Below, in pieces: positions 22,040-33,899 of a DNA stretch of 37,104 nucleotides (positions are counted from its first letter, which is position 1; each line of letters begins with the position of its first letter). The DNA lies in NCBI RefSeq assembly GCF_006345805.1, contig NW_021836870.1, positions 1 through 37,104 on the forward strand. The letters are read 5' to 3'. Source of the DNA: Octopus sinensis. Lineage: Eukaryota. The notes under the pieces are model-generated. The model did no database searches and was not told the DNA's origin. It was given only the letters and a program-made list of their open reading frames with translations. Position numbers and translations under genes: made by a program.

Positions 22040-22620
22040 TCAAGAAGGAATGTGGAATGGATAGTGAAAGGTCTGGCTTGGAAGGTGTCCCACAGTATTG
22101 CAGCCTGGGCCAATGTGTCATCTTGCTACTGCAAGAGAGTACAGACCATTGAATGTTTGTGAATATTGGCATCTAAGATTATGAACTCTTTGGATTTACT
22201 GATACCTTGATGTCAGTGAGATTGCCATTGTCAAACAAGAGATTTGTTACCTTAGTAAGTGTCTACCCTCCAACCATGTGTTCCTCTGAAGAGAAAAAAA
22301 AGACTAATATTTTATCTTTCATGAAAAAAGCTTCTGTGCAGTGTTCTCTGCTTATAAAATCTTCATATTTGGTGATTTCAATGAAAGCATCTGCAGAGAT
22401 AAAAAAATTTGGGATATAATTGGGAACATGAAGCCAGAAAATGCAATAATAATGGCTTGTTTAGTACTGCAAGTGTGTTCGATTTTTGCATATACTGGGT
22501 AACTGTCAATCTCCTAGTGTGGAGCATGCTGTATTTGAGCACCAAATATGTGGGAGTATTTATGTGATCAAGATGAAAGGCAATTAGGTCTCTCATTAAT
22601 TTCTGTTTGGTGAGTTGGCC
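22040..22620 (+). pseudogene. Highly decayed RTE APE-endonuclease fragment
   Basis: MSVRLPLSNKRFVTLVSVYPPTMCSSEE matches the RTE pattern LMxLRLPL...TLISxYAPT...E. Confidence 0.65.
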
Positions 22621-22949
22621 CTGAGGAAAAATCTAGGCAACAAATTGAAATTAAGGCATGAAAGTCATTAGAGACACTTAGAGGATCTAGATCAAATTAA
22701 GAAAAGTGAAAACATCACAAAGTTTTTGATGGAAAAAATTGGTTCATGTTGGAATGAGTGAATTTGAATGAATGTCAATAAAATCTCAGTGTGCATGAAA
22801 AGCTTGAGAGAGATTTTTGGAAAGGTCTTATATTAATGTTTCCATTGTGTTTTGCTTCAAAAACTACATAGACATGACAGAATTAAATAGACATCCTTAT
22901 AATTGTTAAAATTTATTTAAATTATTATTATTATTTAATGTGAATATCT

Positions 22950-23800
22950 AATATTTAGTAGACAGGCTCCTTGGCATTTTTGAATGCAAGGACCCTAGCA
23001 GGCATACACTGATCTGATGAATATCTCTTCATGATTTTCTTGCCAAGTTTCTTGCAGTAATATCAAAAGATCTGGCTTTAAGGATGCTTTCTTTTTCTTT
23101 TTAGGAAGTATCCCATCCATCATGTCTCAGAGGTGTTCAGTAGGGTTCATATCTGGTGATTGGCTTAGCTATGGAAGCTTTTTAATGCCATTCTCTTCCA
23201 ACCAATCCTGGGTCTTTTAGTTGTGCAAGAAAGCCCTATCTTCCATAAATAGTGTTATTTAATCATTTTACCCCTGGAGGTTATAGGAAGAAGATTTTTC
23301 TATAATATGGACACATATTTATCTGAGTTTATGTATCCCTCACACTCCACCATTTCTGATTGACTATTGCTCCAAACTGCTCTCCAGACCATCACATGTT
23401 TCATTGTTGGCTGCAATATATTCACGTGAAAATATTGATGACTGATTCTCCAGACCCACATTCGACCAGTGTCAGAAAATACAGCAAATCTGGATTCATC
23501 AGAGAATTTGACAGTGTCCCAAAGTGCTAGTGACCTCTCTACCATCTCACTTGTCCAATCTTTTCTCCATTTGATATTTGCTGGTCGAAGCAGTGTCTTC
23601 TTTCTTGCTGCTCTGCCATAATAGCCAATTTTGCGGAGACAACTGACAGCTATTCTGGGACTGACATCAACTTATTCTGCTATATTGGAGGCCTTGCAAT
23701 GAGGATTATCTTACACACTTCTCTTAAGAAAGCAAAGTGTTCTGTCAGAGGGCCTTAGTCTACCTGGGTAAGGTGATATGGACTACTTTCCCGTTTAGTG
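22950..23800 (-). pseudogene. Tc1-family (DD34E) transposase remnant
   Basis: GRAARKK.LL, WDTVKFSDESRF, VWR, PTMKHVMVW, QSPDMNPTEHL, MPARVLA..AK. Many stops. Confidence 0.85.
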
Positions 23801-24799
23801 AATTGAAAAATTACTCTATTTACTGTAGAAAGTGGAATCACAAGGTTTTCTGTGGTTGTAGGCTAAGTCAGCCTTGAAATAGGCGCAGCATATGACTCTT
23901 TGTAAATTGGACATTTTAAGGCTTCTTTGTATACATGGCATGATTAAACAGTTACATATAAACCTGAAACATATAAATGTCAATTAAAAAAAAATAAATA
24001 TAAACCCTTCGTTATAATAACCATAAAACATTGTTAATGGGTATTATTTACTTTTGTCATGTTTGTGTACAAATGTATCATTTGTTAGAACTGCACTTTG
24101 AAAGAAAAAAAAAACCTTTAGTAGAAATTTATCATTAGCTACGACAATGTTACCCAACTATAAATCTTATATTTTTCAAACTCATGCTAGGATGGAAAAA
24201 TGAACGTAGGTATGAGACTTATTTTTACACATGTATTGATGCATATAAAACATGAAATTATGTTGTCTACATACTTAAATACTTGCAATTAATTCATTGT
24301 AAGAACATAGAATTTTGACAACTTTTCTTGAGTTGTTGCTCATCTACAATAATCTGATAAGTTTGAGGTTATTGTTGGTTGCATAAGATTGTCATTGAAT
24401 TTTCTCTCGACAGAAATATCTAATCATTTTATCCATACTAGCATGGGTGGTGTGGTCATGTTGATATCTGTTTCAGTTTAATTCCCTCTGCAATAGTTTC
24501 TTTTTTTTGTGTTTATGCAATATGGTACTTTCATAAAATACAGTTGTCTCTTGCCTTACACGTATTCTTTTCTTAGTTTCACTTTTCACAATTTTGCTCA
24601 TTTTCCTCTATTTGTTTCTTTTTGTTTTTGTTTTTACAAATATAGAAGTAGTACTTGCTCAGTTTCTCATTTTATTTTGTTAAATATTTTGAATTTGAAA
24701 TATTAAAATTGATTTCACTGGAAATGAAAATTCAATGTATAAAATTAACTCTAATCTAGAGGTTCAGCATAAAACGCAAAAGTTTTACAAAAAGAATTG

Positions 24800-25659
24800 T
24801 CATCATCATCATCATCATCATTTAATGTCCATTATCCATGCTGGCATGTGTTGGACAGTTTCATCAGGGCTGGTAAGCTGAGGGTCTGCAGCAGACTCCA
24901 GTCTGATTTGTCATTGTTTCTATGGCTGGATGTTCTTCTTAATATGAAGCACTCCATCAGTGTTGTGGGCAGGGGTTGTGAAAAAAATTAATTGATGGAA
25001 AATTAATTACAATAATTTGTCTTCTAAGGCACGGCATGTCATGAAAGGTGTCGGTCATTAGTCATTGCCTTTATAAGTCCAACAGTCAAAGATCATGCAT
25101 TACCACCTTGTCCAATGCCTTCTTATGTCTACTTCTCTGCCATGTAGCATAGTTGTCTGCACAGGTATAATAAATCTGGCTTTCACTCTGAAGGAGAGAC
25201 CCTTAGTTACCAAACAGAGGAAGGAGCTCTCTGAATTGCTCAGCCTATTTTTATTCTTGCAGCCACACTCTTGGTTCATCCCCTCTGCTACTGACTTTGT
25301 TGCTCAACAATCTTTATCGTACTCCTCTGCATTTGATGAAGCCCATTTTCTGTACATTTTTAGGTTTACCTGTACATTATGCACCTTCCACATACAAAAA
25401 TATTTTCCATTTACCTTCCTCTGATATTGCTACACCTATTATGTGTTATACAGAGTACATCTACCTACCTGTTTCCTTCATATTGAGGATGGCCATGTAC
25501 CTGAAGGGCTTTACGATTTATCTGGTTTCCTACTTACTAAAGACTTTGGGTTAGGGTTGGGTAGGTTAATTCTGTGACCTTTCAATTCTAGACCTTGCTT
25601 CCGTACGCAAATTTATTCTAGTTCTGGTAGTGATTTAGCTATAAGAAGAAGCTCATTAG
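24800..25659 (-). mobile_element. Old RTE-clade LINE (same family as 15266-16311), 3' part downstream of the Gypsy insertion
   Basis: (cat)n tail; FRELLPL.VTKGLSFRVK; decayed WKQGLE.KG.R.NL..TKVL; resumes after the RT YAD|D motif. Confidence 0.7.
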
Positions 25660-27587
25660 TAAATAAGTGTGAAAACTCTTTGCTTTCACAAACACTTTAT
25701 GTACACTGATTGAAGCAATGAAAACAAAGGTCCTCGGTATACCTGAAACGTGAAGGAAAATATTTGGATAATGAAACGAATAATGTATGGCTAATTGAAT
25801 GTAATGTAATAATGATAATATGAGTGTTCAGTTGTCATCCTCTATGCCCTCCCCAATTCCTTTGAAAGAAGCAAAGAAGACTAATAATATGTATTAAATG
25901 ATTAACGAAAATAAAAATTTGTGCAAGAGACCCTTAATCAATATTGACGGTGTGACGATCAAGGAGCAACGTGTCAGTTGTGCGTCAGACTTTTGTGCCA
26001 GTCTTTGCGAGTCTGGCAGAGCGACAAATGCTGGATGGAGGATAAACTGCATCAGGCAAGGATCACTTTTGGAAAGCAGGGTTTCAAGGGGTGTTGGGGT
26101 ATGACCCTTGTGGTGTGGCTCTGTGGGTAGGCGGCTGTGAGATGCATTTCTGGTCATGGTAATTTTGGAGTCGTGAAGTGGGCATTGGTGTTGCAGCTGC
26201 ATGAGGTGCTGTTAAAGTCGGTTGAGAAGGTAGTCTCATCACTGGTGTTGGCGTGAAGAACGCAGGTGGTTCAGACACCAGACAGTGGCCATGGGGAGAG
26301 CAGTGGGCGTGGAGAAGCAGTAGATCTTCCAGAGGAATTTTGTTGCACAGTGTTACTCGGCCTGATCCATCCACTCTCAACATGTACGGATCGAAATGAC
26401 GTACATCGAAATGGCACCAGTCCCCCCCCCCCGCCATTTGTAGGATTGGGTCAAACTTGGCTCTGGATTAGGACATAGTTCGAAAGAAGTGAGCATGTGT
26501 GTTTTGACAACCGTTCAGTAGCACTCATGTTGTGTTTACGCAGGTCTTCTTTTCAATAAGTCATAGTTTCATGCCATGTGGAATGTAGCTTGTACTTGCC
26601 GGGATGGATGGGAATAAAGTATTGTATAGGGCTGCCAAAGATGCACATGGCTGGGGACAAGTGTGTCCCCCGGTCAAGTGTATTTCTTTATTGTAGCATT
26701 GTGCACTGGAAACTGTCAGTGTTAAGGAAGCCATTGGTGTCTGTGTTGTCTGTAACGAGGCACTTTATTGTCTCAATACCGACTTTGGCGCGGCAGTTGT
26801 CATGGGGAAATGCAATGGCGGTGATTCTCCCCAATTGTGGAAGAAGGTACAATGTCAGCTCATAGCTGATAGGGCAGTGTTAAGTGCCTGTGTGCCATTC
26901 GATGCTCCTTTAAGATAGTTTTCCAGACCTGTTAGGACATACCACCATTGTCTGTCACCAAGTGACAGATGTACCAATGGGGATAGGCTTTATAACTCCA
27001 AGAGGAACATTCCGGTCGAGACCTGCTTTTACTTCCTCTTGCCAATGAACCAGGACTGGTATGGGCGTATGGTGGGCGACTGGTTTAGCATTAAGCGGAT
27101 CGGTTGGTCAGACATCTTGGAGAATTGCCGATGGTTGCAGACGTTGAATGTGCTGGAGCTGTAGTATTGTAGCAGCTACTTCCTCAGGCGAAAACGTTTT
27201 TCCTCAGTGGCTGGGAATGGTAGTGTAGTTGGAGGAGGAGGTTGTATTTGTTGTAAGTGGCAGGTGCATACATTCTGTGTCATCTTTGCAGATGATCTAT
27301 GAGGCTTGTCAGTACTCTCTCCCATGGATTGTTTACAGGCCAACTCATGGCACAATCAGGTGCAGGACAGGGTACGTTGGTCATACTGACTCGCTTTTTG
27401 TCATAAATAAGTCTGACAACTGTTTGCTTTCACCAATATTTTACGCAGTCTGAAGCAATGAATAAAGGGTCTTCAGTATACCTGAAATGTGAAGGGAAAG
27501 ATGATGGATAATAAAATGAATAATATATGGCGAATTGAATGTAATGTAATAAATTGTAATATATGTGTGTTTAGTTGTAATCCTGTA
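25660..27587 (-). mobile_element. Internally deleted Ty3/Gypsy LTR retrotransposon (LTRs about 25660-25845 and 27403-27587)
   Basis: About 185-bp diverged direct repeats; PPT ggggaggg next to the 3' LTR; gag start MTNVPCPAPDC; pol start PVPVHWQEEVKAGLDR..GVI; integrase C-terminus FPH.NCRA.VG..TIK, SPAMCIFG, RVDGSGRVTL. Confidence 0.85.
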
Positions 27588-27850
27588 ATCAGCATAGAGG
27601 AGTTGCTAGGGTCTGCCTGTTTTATATTCATCTGTTATTACCTGAATGATTATGATACCAACAAAAGTCAAGTACAGAGGTTATACTTGGTTAGGTACTT
27701 CTCCTGGGGTTTCTTACCAGAAATATATCATGACTGGTGTTCTTCCTGATACAAAACCAATTGCATCTCATCTAGATTAAGTCTTTTCCTAATTAGTTGG
27801 GCTATGATCCTCTCCGTGATTTTCATCATCTGAAGAAATTAGTGCCAGTG
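27588..27850 (-). mobile_element. Upstream RT part of the RTE copy interrupted by the Gypsy element
   Basis: MKITERIIAQLIRKRLNLDEMQ.GFV.GR and ITDEYKTGRP*QLLYAD. Confidence 0.75.
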
Positions 27851-28459
27851 CGAGCACTTATTTTTAAAGCACACATCAAGCATATGTTAACATATTAGCA
27901 ATGAGAAAGCGCTCTAATCGATGTCTACCTATATACATACATATATGCAGGGTAGCCATGTACTTTCTCTACAGCAAACACACCTCTGTCTGTCTCTATA
28001 TACTACAGGTTAGGATGAAGCCACCTCTCTCACTACAAGCAATCCACTCATCCTTGAAATTTACTTATTAATTTTACTTGCAAGATCTTTATATGTTTCG
28101 TGTGTTGAAGCATATTCTGTTGTGTCTGGGGAGAGTCATTCTCGTTTAGTGCGTTATTATTTAACACACTCAAGGGTAAACATTTCCACTTATTTCTTAT
28201 TTTATTAGTCATACACACTCACACACAGAAATGAAAACACATTTACAAACTCACACACCTAGAAATGAAAACGCACTTGCAAACACTCACTCACACACAC
28301 CCACACATTGGCTGACCTGCACACACACACAATTTCTTCAGAATGTCACGGTTTTAAGGTCAACATATTAAAGCATAAATACCTACCAGTGTGCATCTTT
28401 GCATGTATCTGTGTGTGTGTTCGACGTATGAGTGTTTTGCGTGTTTGAGCACACTCCAC

Positions 28460-28558
28460 ACATACGTAACGTAACGGTTCGGCAAAATAGAAAAAGTTAG
28501 AATAGGTACTAAGCTTCCAAGAATAAGTCCTTTTGCTTGACTAAAGACGGTGCTCAAG

Positions 28559-28560
<2 letters not shown>
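28460..28560 (+). mobile_element. CORE-like SINE 3' tail fragment
   Basis: cgtaacggttcggcaaaa...gaataagtcc...ctaaagacggtgctcaagca. Confidence 0.6.
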
Positions 28561-28627
<67 letters not shown>

Positions 28628-28659
28628 ATATGCATACATACATATATCCATTAATACAT

Positions 28660-28694
<35 letters not shown>

Positions 28695-28697
<3 letters not shown>

Positions 28698-29690
28698 TCA
28701 TCATCATCGTTTAGCGTCCGCTTTCCATGCTAGCATGGGTTGGACGGTTCCTGGGGTCTGGGAAGCCAGAAGGCTGCACCAGGCCGTTTGATCTGGCAAT
28801 GTTTCTACAGCTGGATGCCCTTCCTAACGCCAACCACTCCATGGTGTAGTGGGTACTTTTTACGTGCCACCGGCACAGGTGCCAGACGAGTCTGGCAACG
28901 GCCACGATCGGATGGTGCTTTTTATGTGCCACCGCACGAGGCCAGTCGGGGCGGCGCTGGCAACAGCCACGTTCGGATGGTTCTCTTACGTGCCACCGGC
29001 ACTGATAACTCAACTGCAATTTCCATTGATCGATTTCGATTCTGATTTTCACTTGCCTCAACAGGTCTTCACAAGTAGAGTTTTGTGTCCCAAGAAGGGA
29101 AGGTATGCATAAGTGGACTGGCTACATACCGTGTAGAAGGCCACGGGTTATGGTCTCACTTGTCCTGCCGGGTCTTCTCACGCACAGCATACTTCCAGAG
29201 GTCTCGGTCTCTAGTCATTTCCTCGGTGAGACCTAAAATTCGAAGGTCGTTCTTCACCACCTCGTCCCAGGTTTTCCTGGGTCTGCCTCTTCCACAGGTT
29301 CCCTCAACCGCTAGGGTGTGGCACTTTTTCACACAACTATCTTCATCCATTCTCGCCACATGTCCATACCAGCGCAAACGTCTCTCTTGCACACCACATC
29401 TGATGCTTCTTAGGTCCAACTTTTCTCTCAAGGTACTTACACTCTGTCGATTATGAACACTGACATTACACATCCATCGGAGCATACTGGCTTCATTTCT
29501 TGCGAGCTTACGCATATCCTCAGCAGTCACGGCCCATGTTTCACTGCCATGTAGCATGGCTGTTCGTACACACGCGTCATGCAGTCTGCCTTTTACTCTG
29601 AGCGAGAGGCCTTTTGTCACCAGCAGAGGTAAGAGCTCTCTGTACTTTGCCCAAGCTATTCTTATGTGTGATATACGTGCTTGCATTCTC
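28695..29690 (-). mobile_element. 5'-truncated RTE-clade LINE, C-terminal frame still open
   Basis: ORF 29156-29731: RIAWAKYRELLPLL..MLHGSETW..RLRWYGHVARM..GRGRPRKTW..*. Repeat-bearing 3' UTR and (GAT)n tail. Confidence 0.92.
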
Positions 29691-29744
29691 GTGTGTCCTT
29701 CGAGTGCGAACAAACATACACAGACACACACACATTAAAACATA

Positions 29745-30085
29745 TATACGACGGGATCTTTCAGTTTCCTTCCCTAAATCCAATCGCAAGGATTAGCTCG
29801 GCCCTGGGCAACAATAGTAGACAATTGCAGAAGATTACAGGCAGTGGGAATGAACCCGAAACCATGTGGTTCGCAAGCAAACTACTTACAACGTAGCCAT
29901 TCCTACGCCGATATTCACATATACGACGGGCTTCTTTCAGTTTCCCTCTACCAACTCCATTCAGAATACTTTGGTCGGCCCTTGGCCTAGGCTATAGTTG
30001 AATACACTTGCCGAAGGTGCAACGCTGTTGGTTTGAACTCAGCACATTGCGGTTCGTGAGCAATCATTCTCACAGAAATGCGCGC
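29745..30085 (-). mobile_element. Two adjacent CORE-like SINE copies (about 29745-29909 and 29920-30085)
   Basis: Both show cgacggg..tttcagtttcc and cagtggga.tgaacccgaaaccatgtgg-like segments (reverse-complemented head and B-box). Confidence 0.7.
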
Positions 30086-30147
30086 GCAAACAGACACAGA
30101 ATGTCACGGTTTTAAGGTCAACATGTGTAAAACATAAATAGCTACGA

Positions 30148-30580
30148 GTTAGCCATGATAAGATGGCTTCTATACTTTACATTATCGAGCGATTACTGTT
30201 TCAATCTCATTCTGAGATTTAATTATGCTTACTGTTCGTTTTTCGACATCAGTGGCAGACGCCATTAGAAAAACTTATATATGTTTGCAAACAGCCTTCA
30301 CTTTCATCGCTACCTGGTGGTTACCGCCCGTTGACGAGGGACAACAACCCGAAACTAGTTCGAGCGTATCACTCAGGCTTGCGAAGAAGGGATGGCCTCC
30401 CTTTGCAAATACTCCAAGGACACTGATATTGTGTCTAAGGCCAGCTAGAGACGAAGATCTCTTGGGGCTATAAAGCTACAGTAACACCCCCTCCCCAATG
30501 TGGTTAGCCATGATAAGATGGCTTCTATACTTACATTATCGAGCGATTACTGTTTCAATCTCATTCTGAGATTTAATTAT
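30148..30580 (+). mobile_element. Hammerhead-containing mini-retroelement (355-bp period, 79-bp terminal direct repeat)
   Basis: 30148-30226 and 30503-30580 are identical except for one indel; hammerhead motif at 30325-30366. Confidence 0.7.
30325..30366 (+). ncRNA. Minimal type I hammerhead ribozyme motif
   Basis: cgcccg-UUGACGA-ggg(acaacaa)ccc-GAA-actagt-U-cgagcg. Stem I 5 of 6 bp, stem II 3 bp, palindromic stem III, GUU triplet, C3 replaced by U. Confidence 0.75.
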
Positions 30581-30689
30581 AATTTATATTGTTAAATTAT
30601 AATATTCAAGTGAAGTAACTGTAGAAGATACTTTGTAGTTATCGTAATATACACTTTGTCGCTGTTAGACTCTTTCTGTTATTCACTGT

Positions 30690-30810
30690 GACCATAGTGG
30701 AGCACCGCCTTTAGTCAAGCAAATCAACCCCAGGAATTATTCTTTGTATGCCTATTACTTAATGTATAGTCTCTTTTGCAGAACCGATAAGTTACGGGGA
30801 CGTAATGTTC
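30690..30810 (-). mobile_element. CORE-like SINE 3' tail fragment
   Basis: ggagcaccgcctttagtc...gaaccgataagttacggggacgta is the reverse complement of the tail at 35690-36040. Confidence 0.65.
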
Positions 30811-31349
30811 GATATACTGATTTAGTAGGTATTTATTTATTGTAAGAACTTCAATTATCATAAATTATGGGCTAGGAAAATACTAGAAACTTTTTTGATA
30901 TACCTATTGGGGATCCTGTGTGTGTGGGACTATTTTTATTTATGTGAGTGTGGGTATTTTCATTTCAGTGTGTGGTGTGTGTGTTGTGTGTGTGAGAGTG
31001 TTTTATTTCTGTGTGCGCGAGTGTGTGAGCGACTGAGTGTTTCTATTTGTTTGTGTTGTTGCGACACTTACAAACTACAACAAACACTTTGACCATTGCT
31101 AAGATACCCACATTTGAGATCACTAACTACTAAATCAAAATAAGTTCAATTTATTGCACCTTTAGTGACTTCAGATGTTGCTCAAATTTTTCCCATGTGT
31201 CTACAATGTATTAATTTCACAAGTGGATGAAAGAAATTCTCATAATGGCGTGGAGGGGGCTGATATTCTAACTGCGAGTGCAAAGCACCCAATGCCCATT
31301 TACATTCTGAATAACTTGTATGTTTGTGCTAGTTAAGGTTAGGGTTTTA

Positions 31350-31770
31350 TGTGTGAGTGTGTAACTGTGTTTTCATTTCTGTGTGTGGGTGCGTATGTTT
31401 GTGTGTTACTATTTTCATTTCTGTGTGTGTGTGTTTGTGTGTGTGTGAGTGTGTGAGAGTTTGGATGTGTAACTGTGTATTTTTCATTTCTATTTGTGTG
31501 TGTCTGTGTGTTTGTGCATGTGTAGGTATGTAACTGTTTTCATTTCAGTGTTTGTCCGCGTGTTTGTGTGAATATGTAGCTGTGTATTTTCATTTCTGTG
31601 TGTGTGTGTTTGTGTGTGTGTGATTGTGTGAGAGTTTGGATGTGTAACTGTGTATTTTCATTTCTATTTGTGTGTGTCTGTGTGTTTGTGCATGTGTGGT
31701 ATTAACTGTTTTCATTTCAGTGTTTGTCCGCGTGTTTGTGTGAATATGTAGCTGTGTATTTTCATTCTGT
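31350..31770. repeat. (TG)n-based minisatellite with ttttcatttc spacers and a 175-bp higher-order duplication
   Basis: 31411-31585 is repeated from 31586 with few differences. Confidence 0.85.
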
Positions 31771-32294
31771 TTCTTGTGTGTGTATTTGTGCGTATGTGAG
31801 TGTGTGTATGTGTGAGAATTTTTTTTCAGTGTTTGTGTGCGTGGGACTTTTTTATTTGTGTGTGTGAAAGTGTTGTGGGGTATTTTCATTTCAGTGTTTG
31901 TGTTTGTGAATGTTTTTATTTGTGTGTGTACATGTGTGTGACGACGTGTTTTTATTCGTTTTGTGGTGTGCGACAATTACAGCTACAACAAACATTTTAA
32001 GCATCTCTAAGATACCACATTTGCAGATCACTAACTACTAAATCAAAAAATCACAATTTATGGATCTTTAGCGACTTAAAATATTGCACATATTTTCTCA
32101 TATGGTGACAACGTATATTTCACAAGTGGATAAAACAAATTCTCATACTGGCGTGGAGGGGGCTGATATTCTATCTGCAGGTGCTAAGTACACAATGACC
32201 CCGTATCTACGTACCTGGATCGGTCATAATTGGTTTCATTTGGAGAACTCTCGGGTGTGGAATATCTATGACTATAGAAGTTGACTTGTTTACA

Positions 32295-32457
32295 GGCTTC
32301 GTTTATGGCCTCACTTTTGTGATTTTCGAAGTCCACACGTTACTGTGGACTTCGAAGATTTAGTCGGCCCAGATACGATAGAAGAAAACACTTGTCTAAG
32401 TCGCCACGCAGTGTGACTGCACCTGAACCGTGTGGCTGGTAGGCATCTACTCCCCCG

Positions 32458-32490
<33 letters not shown>

Positions 32491-32650
32491 ATAGGTGTAG
32501 AGGTGGCTGTGTGATAAGTAGCTTGCAAACGAACCGCAGTGTTCTGGGTTCAGTCCCACTGCGTGGCGTGTTGGGCATGGTGTCTTCTACTATAGCCTTG
32601 TCCCTCCGACCAATGCTTGTGAGTGAATTTGATAGACGGAATACCCCCCC
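32295..32650. mobile_element. Head-to-head pair of CORE-like SINEs around an (AT)n tract
   Basis: Minus copy to about 32450, (AT)n 32459-32488, plus copy from about 32500 with tggctgtgtgataag A-box and ggttcagtccc B-box. Confidence 0.8.
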
Positions 32651-32652
32651 CT

Positions 32653-32691
<39 letters not shown>

Positions 32692-32779
32692 TGTGTGTGG
32701 TGTGTGTGTGTGTGTGTGTGTGTAAGTAATATATATATATATTATATATATAATATATATATATATATACATACCCCTG

Positions 32780-33880
32780 TTTTCCAGGGGTTCCTCAGGA
32801 AAATGGATCACCTACCCCGGTGAACGACCAGGTAGTGAAGGATAGGAGAGCCAAGGGAGCAGAAACCGGAAGCCCCCCTGTACCAATGGTCCTACAAAGA
32901 AATGAAAAATTAGAAAAACAGAAGAAAAAAGGAAGGACCGAAAACAAAAATAAGGAGGGAAAAGGAGGAAAAGGCAAAACAACCAAAGCTGAAACCCCAA
33001 CCCACCACACAAACAGCAGAGAACCCCATGGAGGATCCAATGCCCCCCAGTACACTTCTGGAAAGAAGAAATCTGAAAGGCACCGATGAACCAGAGAATT
33101 CTACCTGCGGGGCAAATGTTGGCATGATGAGGACGGCAAAAACTGCCGGTTCACCCACCCGACACCCCGCCAGAACTTCAGGGGACTCAAAGAGAAAAGC
33201 TTTAACCGAGGGAACACAAAAAATGTCTCCCAGGAAAACTTTCAAAAACGAAGTGCGCTCCTCAGATGTTTTGCGCAACTCAGCAGCTGAGCAAGAGTCT
33301 TTTTTGTGCATGGCGCAAAGAATTGTCCGGCAGCTAACCTGGCTACACCAAGCACAGAGAAGGAACCCTGCCCACCACTATGCAAGACCACCACAGTCAA
33401 CAGACACGGGATGGCCTCCCCTAACGCCTGCACAGCCGTCACCCCAATACTTTTACTAATATTGGGGACCTGTTGCATCAAAATAGAAACAAAATTTCTT
33501 TCGTGAGAGATCTTACTGCATGCAATCAAGCCCTATGCATAGCACTTGTGGAAACTCACCTCACCCTGATATAGAGGACACAGAAGTACACATACCAAAC
33601 TATGCCATACTGCGAACAGACAGAAGGGAAAGGAGCCATGGTGGAGTTGCTGTATACATCCGAGATGACCTCACACCCCAGGTCTTAATGACATACTCAA
33701 TTCGGTATGAGACACTTTAATTGTATACATAAACAACATAATATAGCCATATGCAATACATATTGCCCACCGGATGCCCCAAATCATACAGGCAAGTTTG
33801 AAGATTGCCTCACAATAATTAAAGAAATCCTCATGAATCTGGAACACCACGTGACCATATTTCTTATCGGTGATTTCAAC
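32780..33880 (+). mobile_element. CR1/L2-group LINE fragment: ORF1 end with a CCCH-like finger, then start of ORF2 APE endonuclease
   Basis: FYLRGKCWH...GKNCRFTHP; ETHL.PDIED.EVHIPNYAILRTDR..RSHGGVAVYIR; TYCPPD; FLIGDFNL. Stops and frameshifts. Confidence 0.8.
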
Positions 33881-33899
33881 TTATAGGTGATTTCAACAA

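Noticed and set aside
30423-30467. Possible second degenerate hammerhead in the mini-element (ctgata..gtgtcta/tagagac-gaa-gatctc)
   Set aside because: It needs at least two core repairs and stem I is not adjacent; only a family consensus could rescue it.
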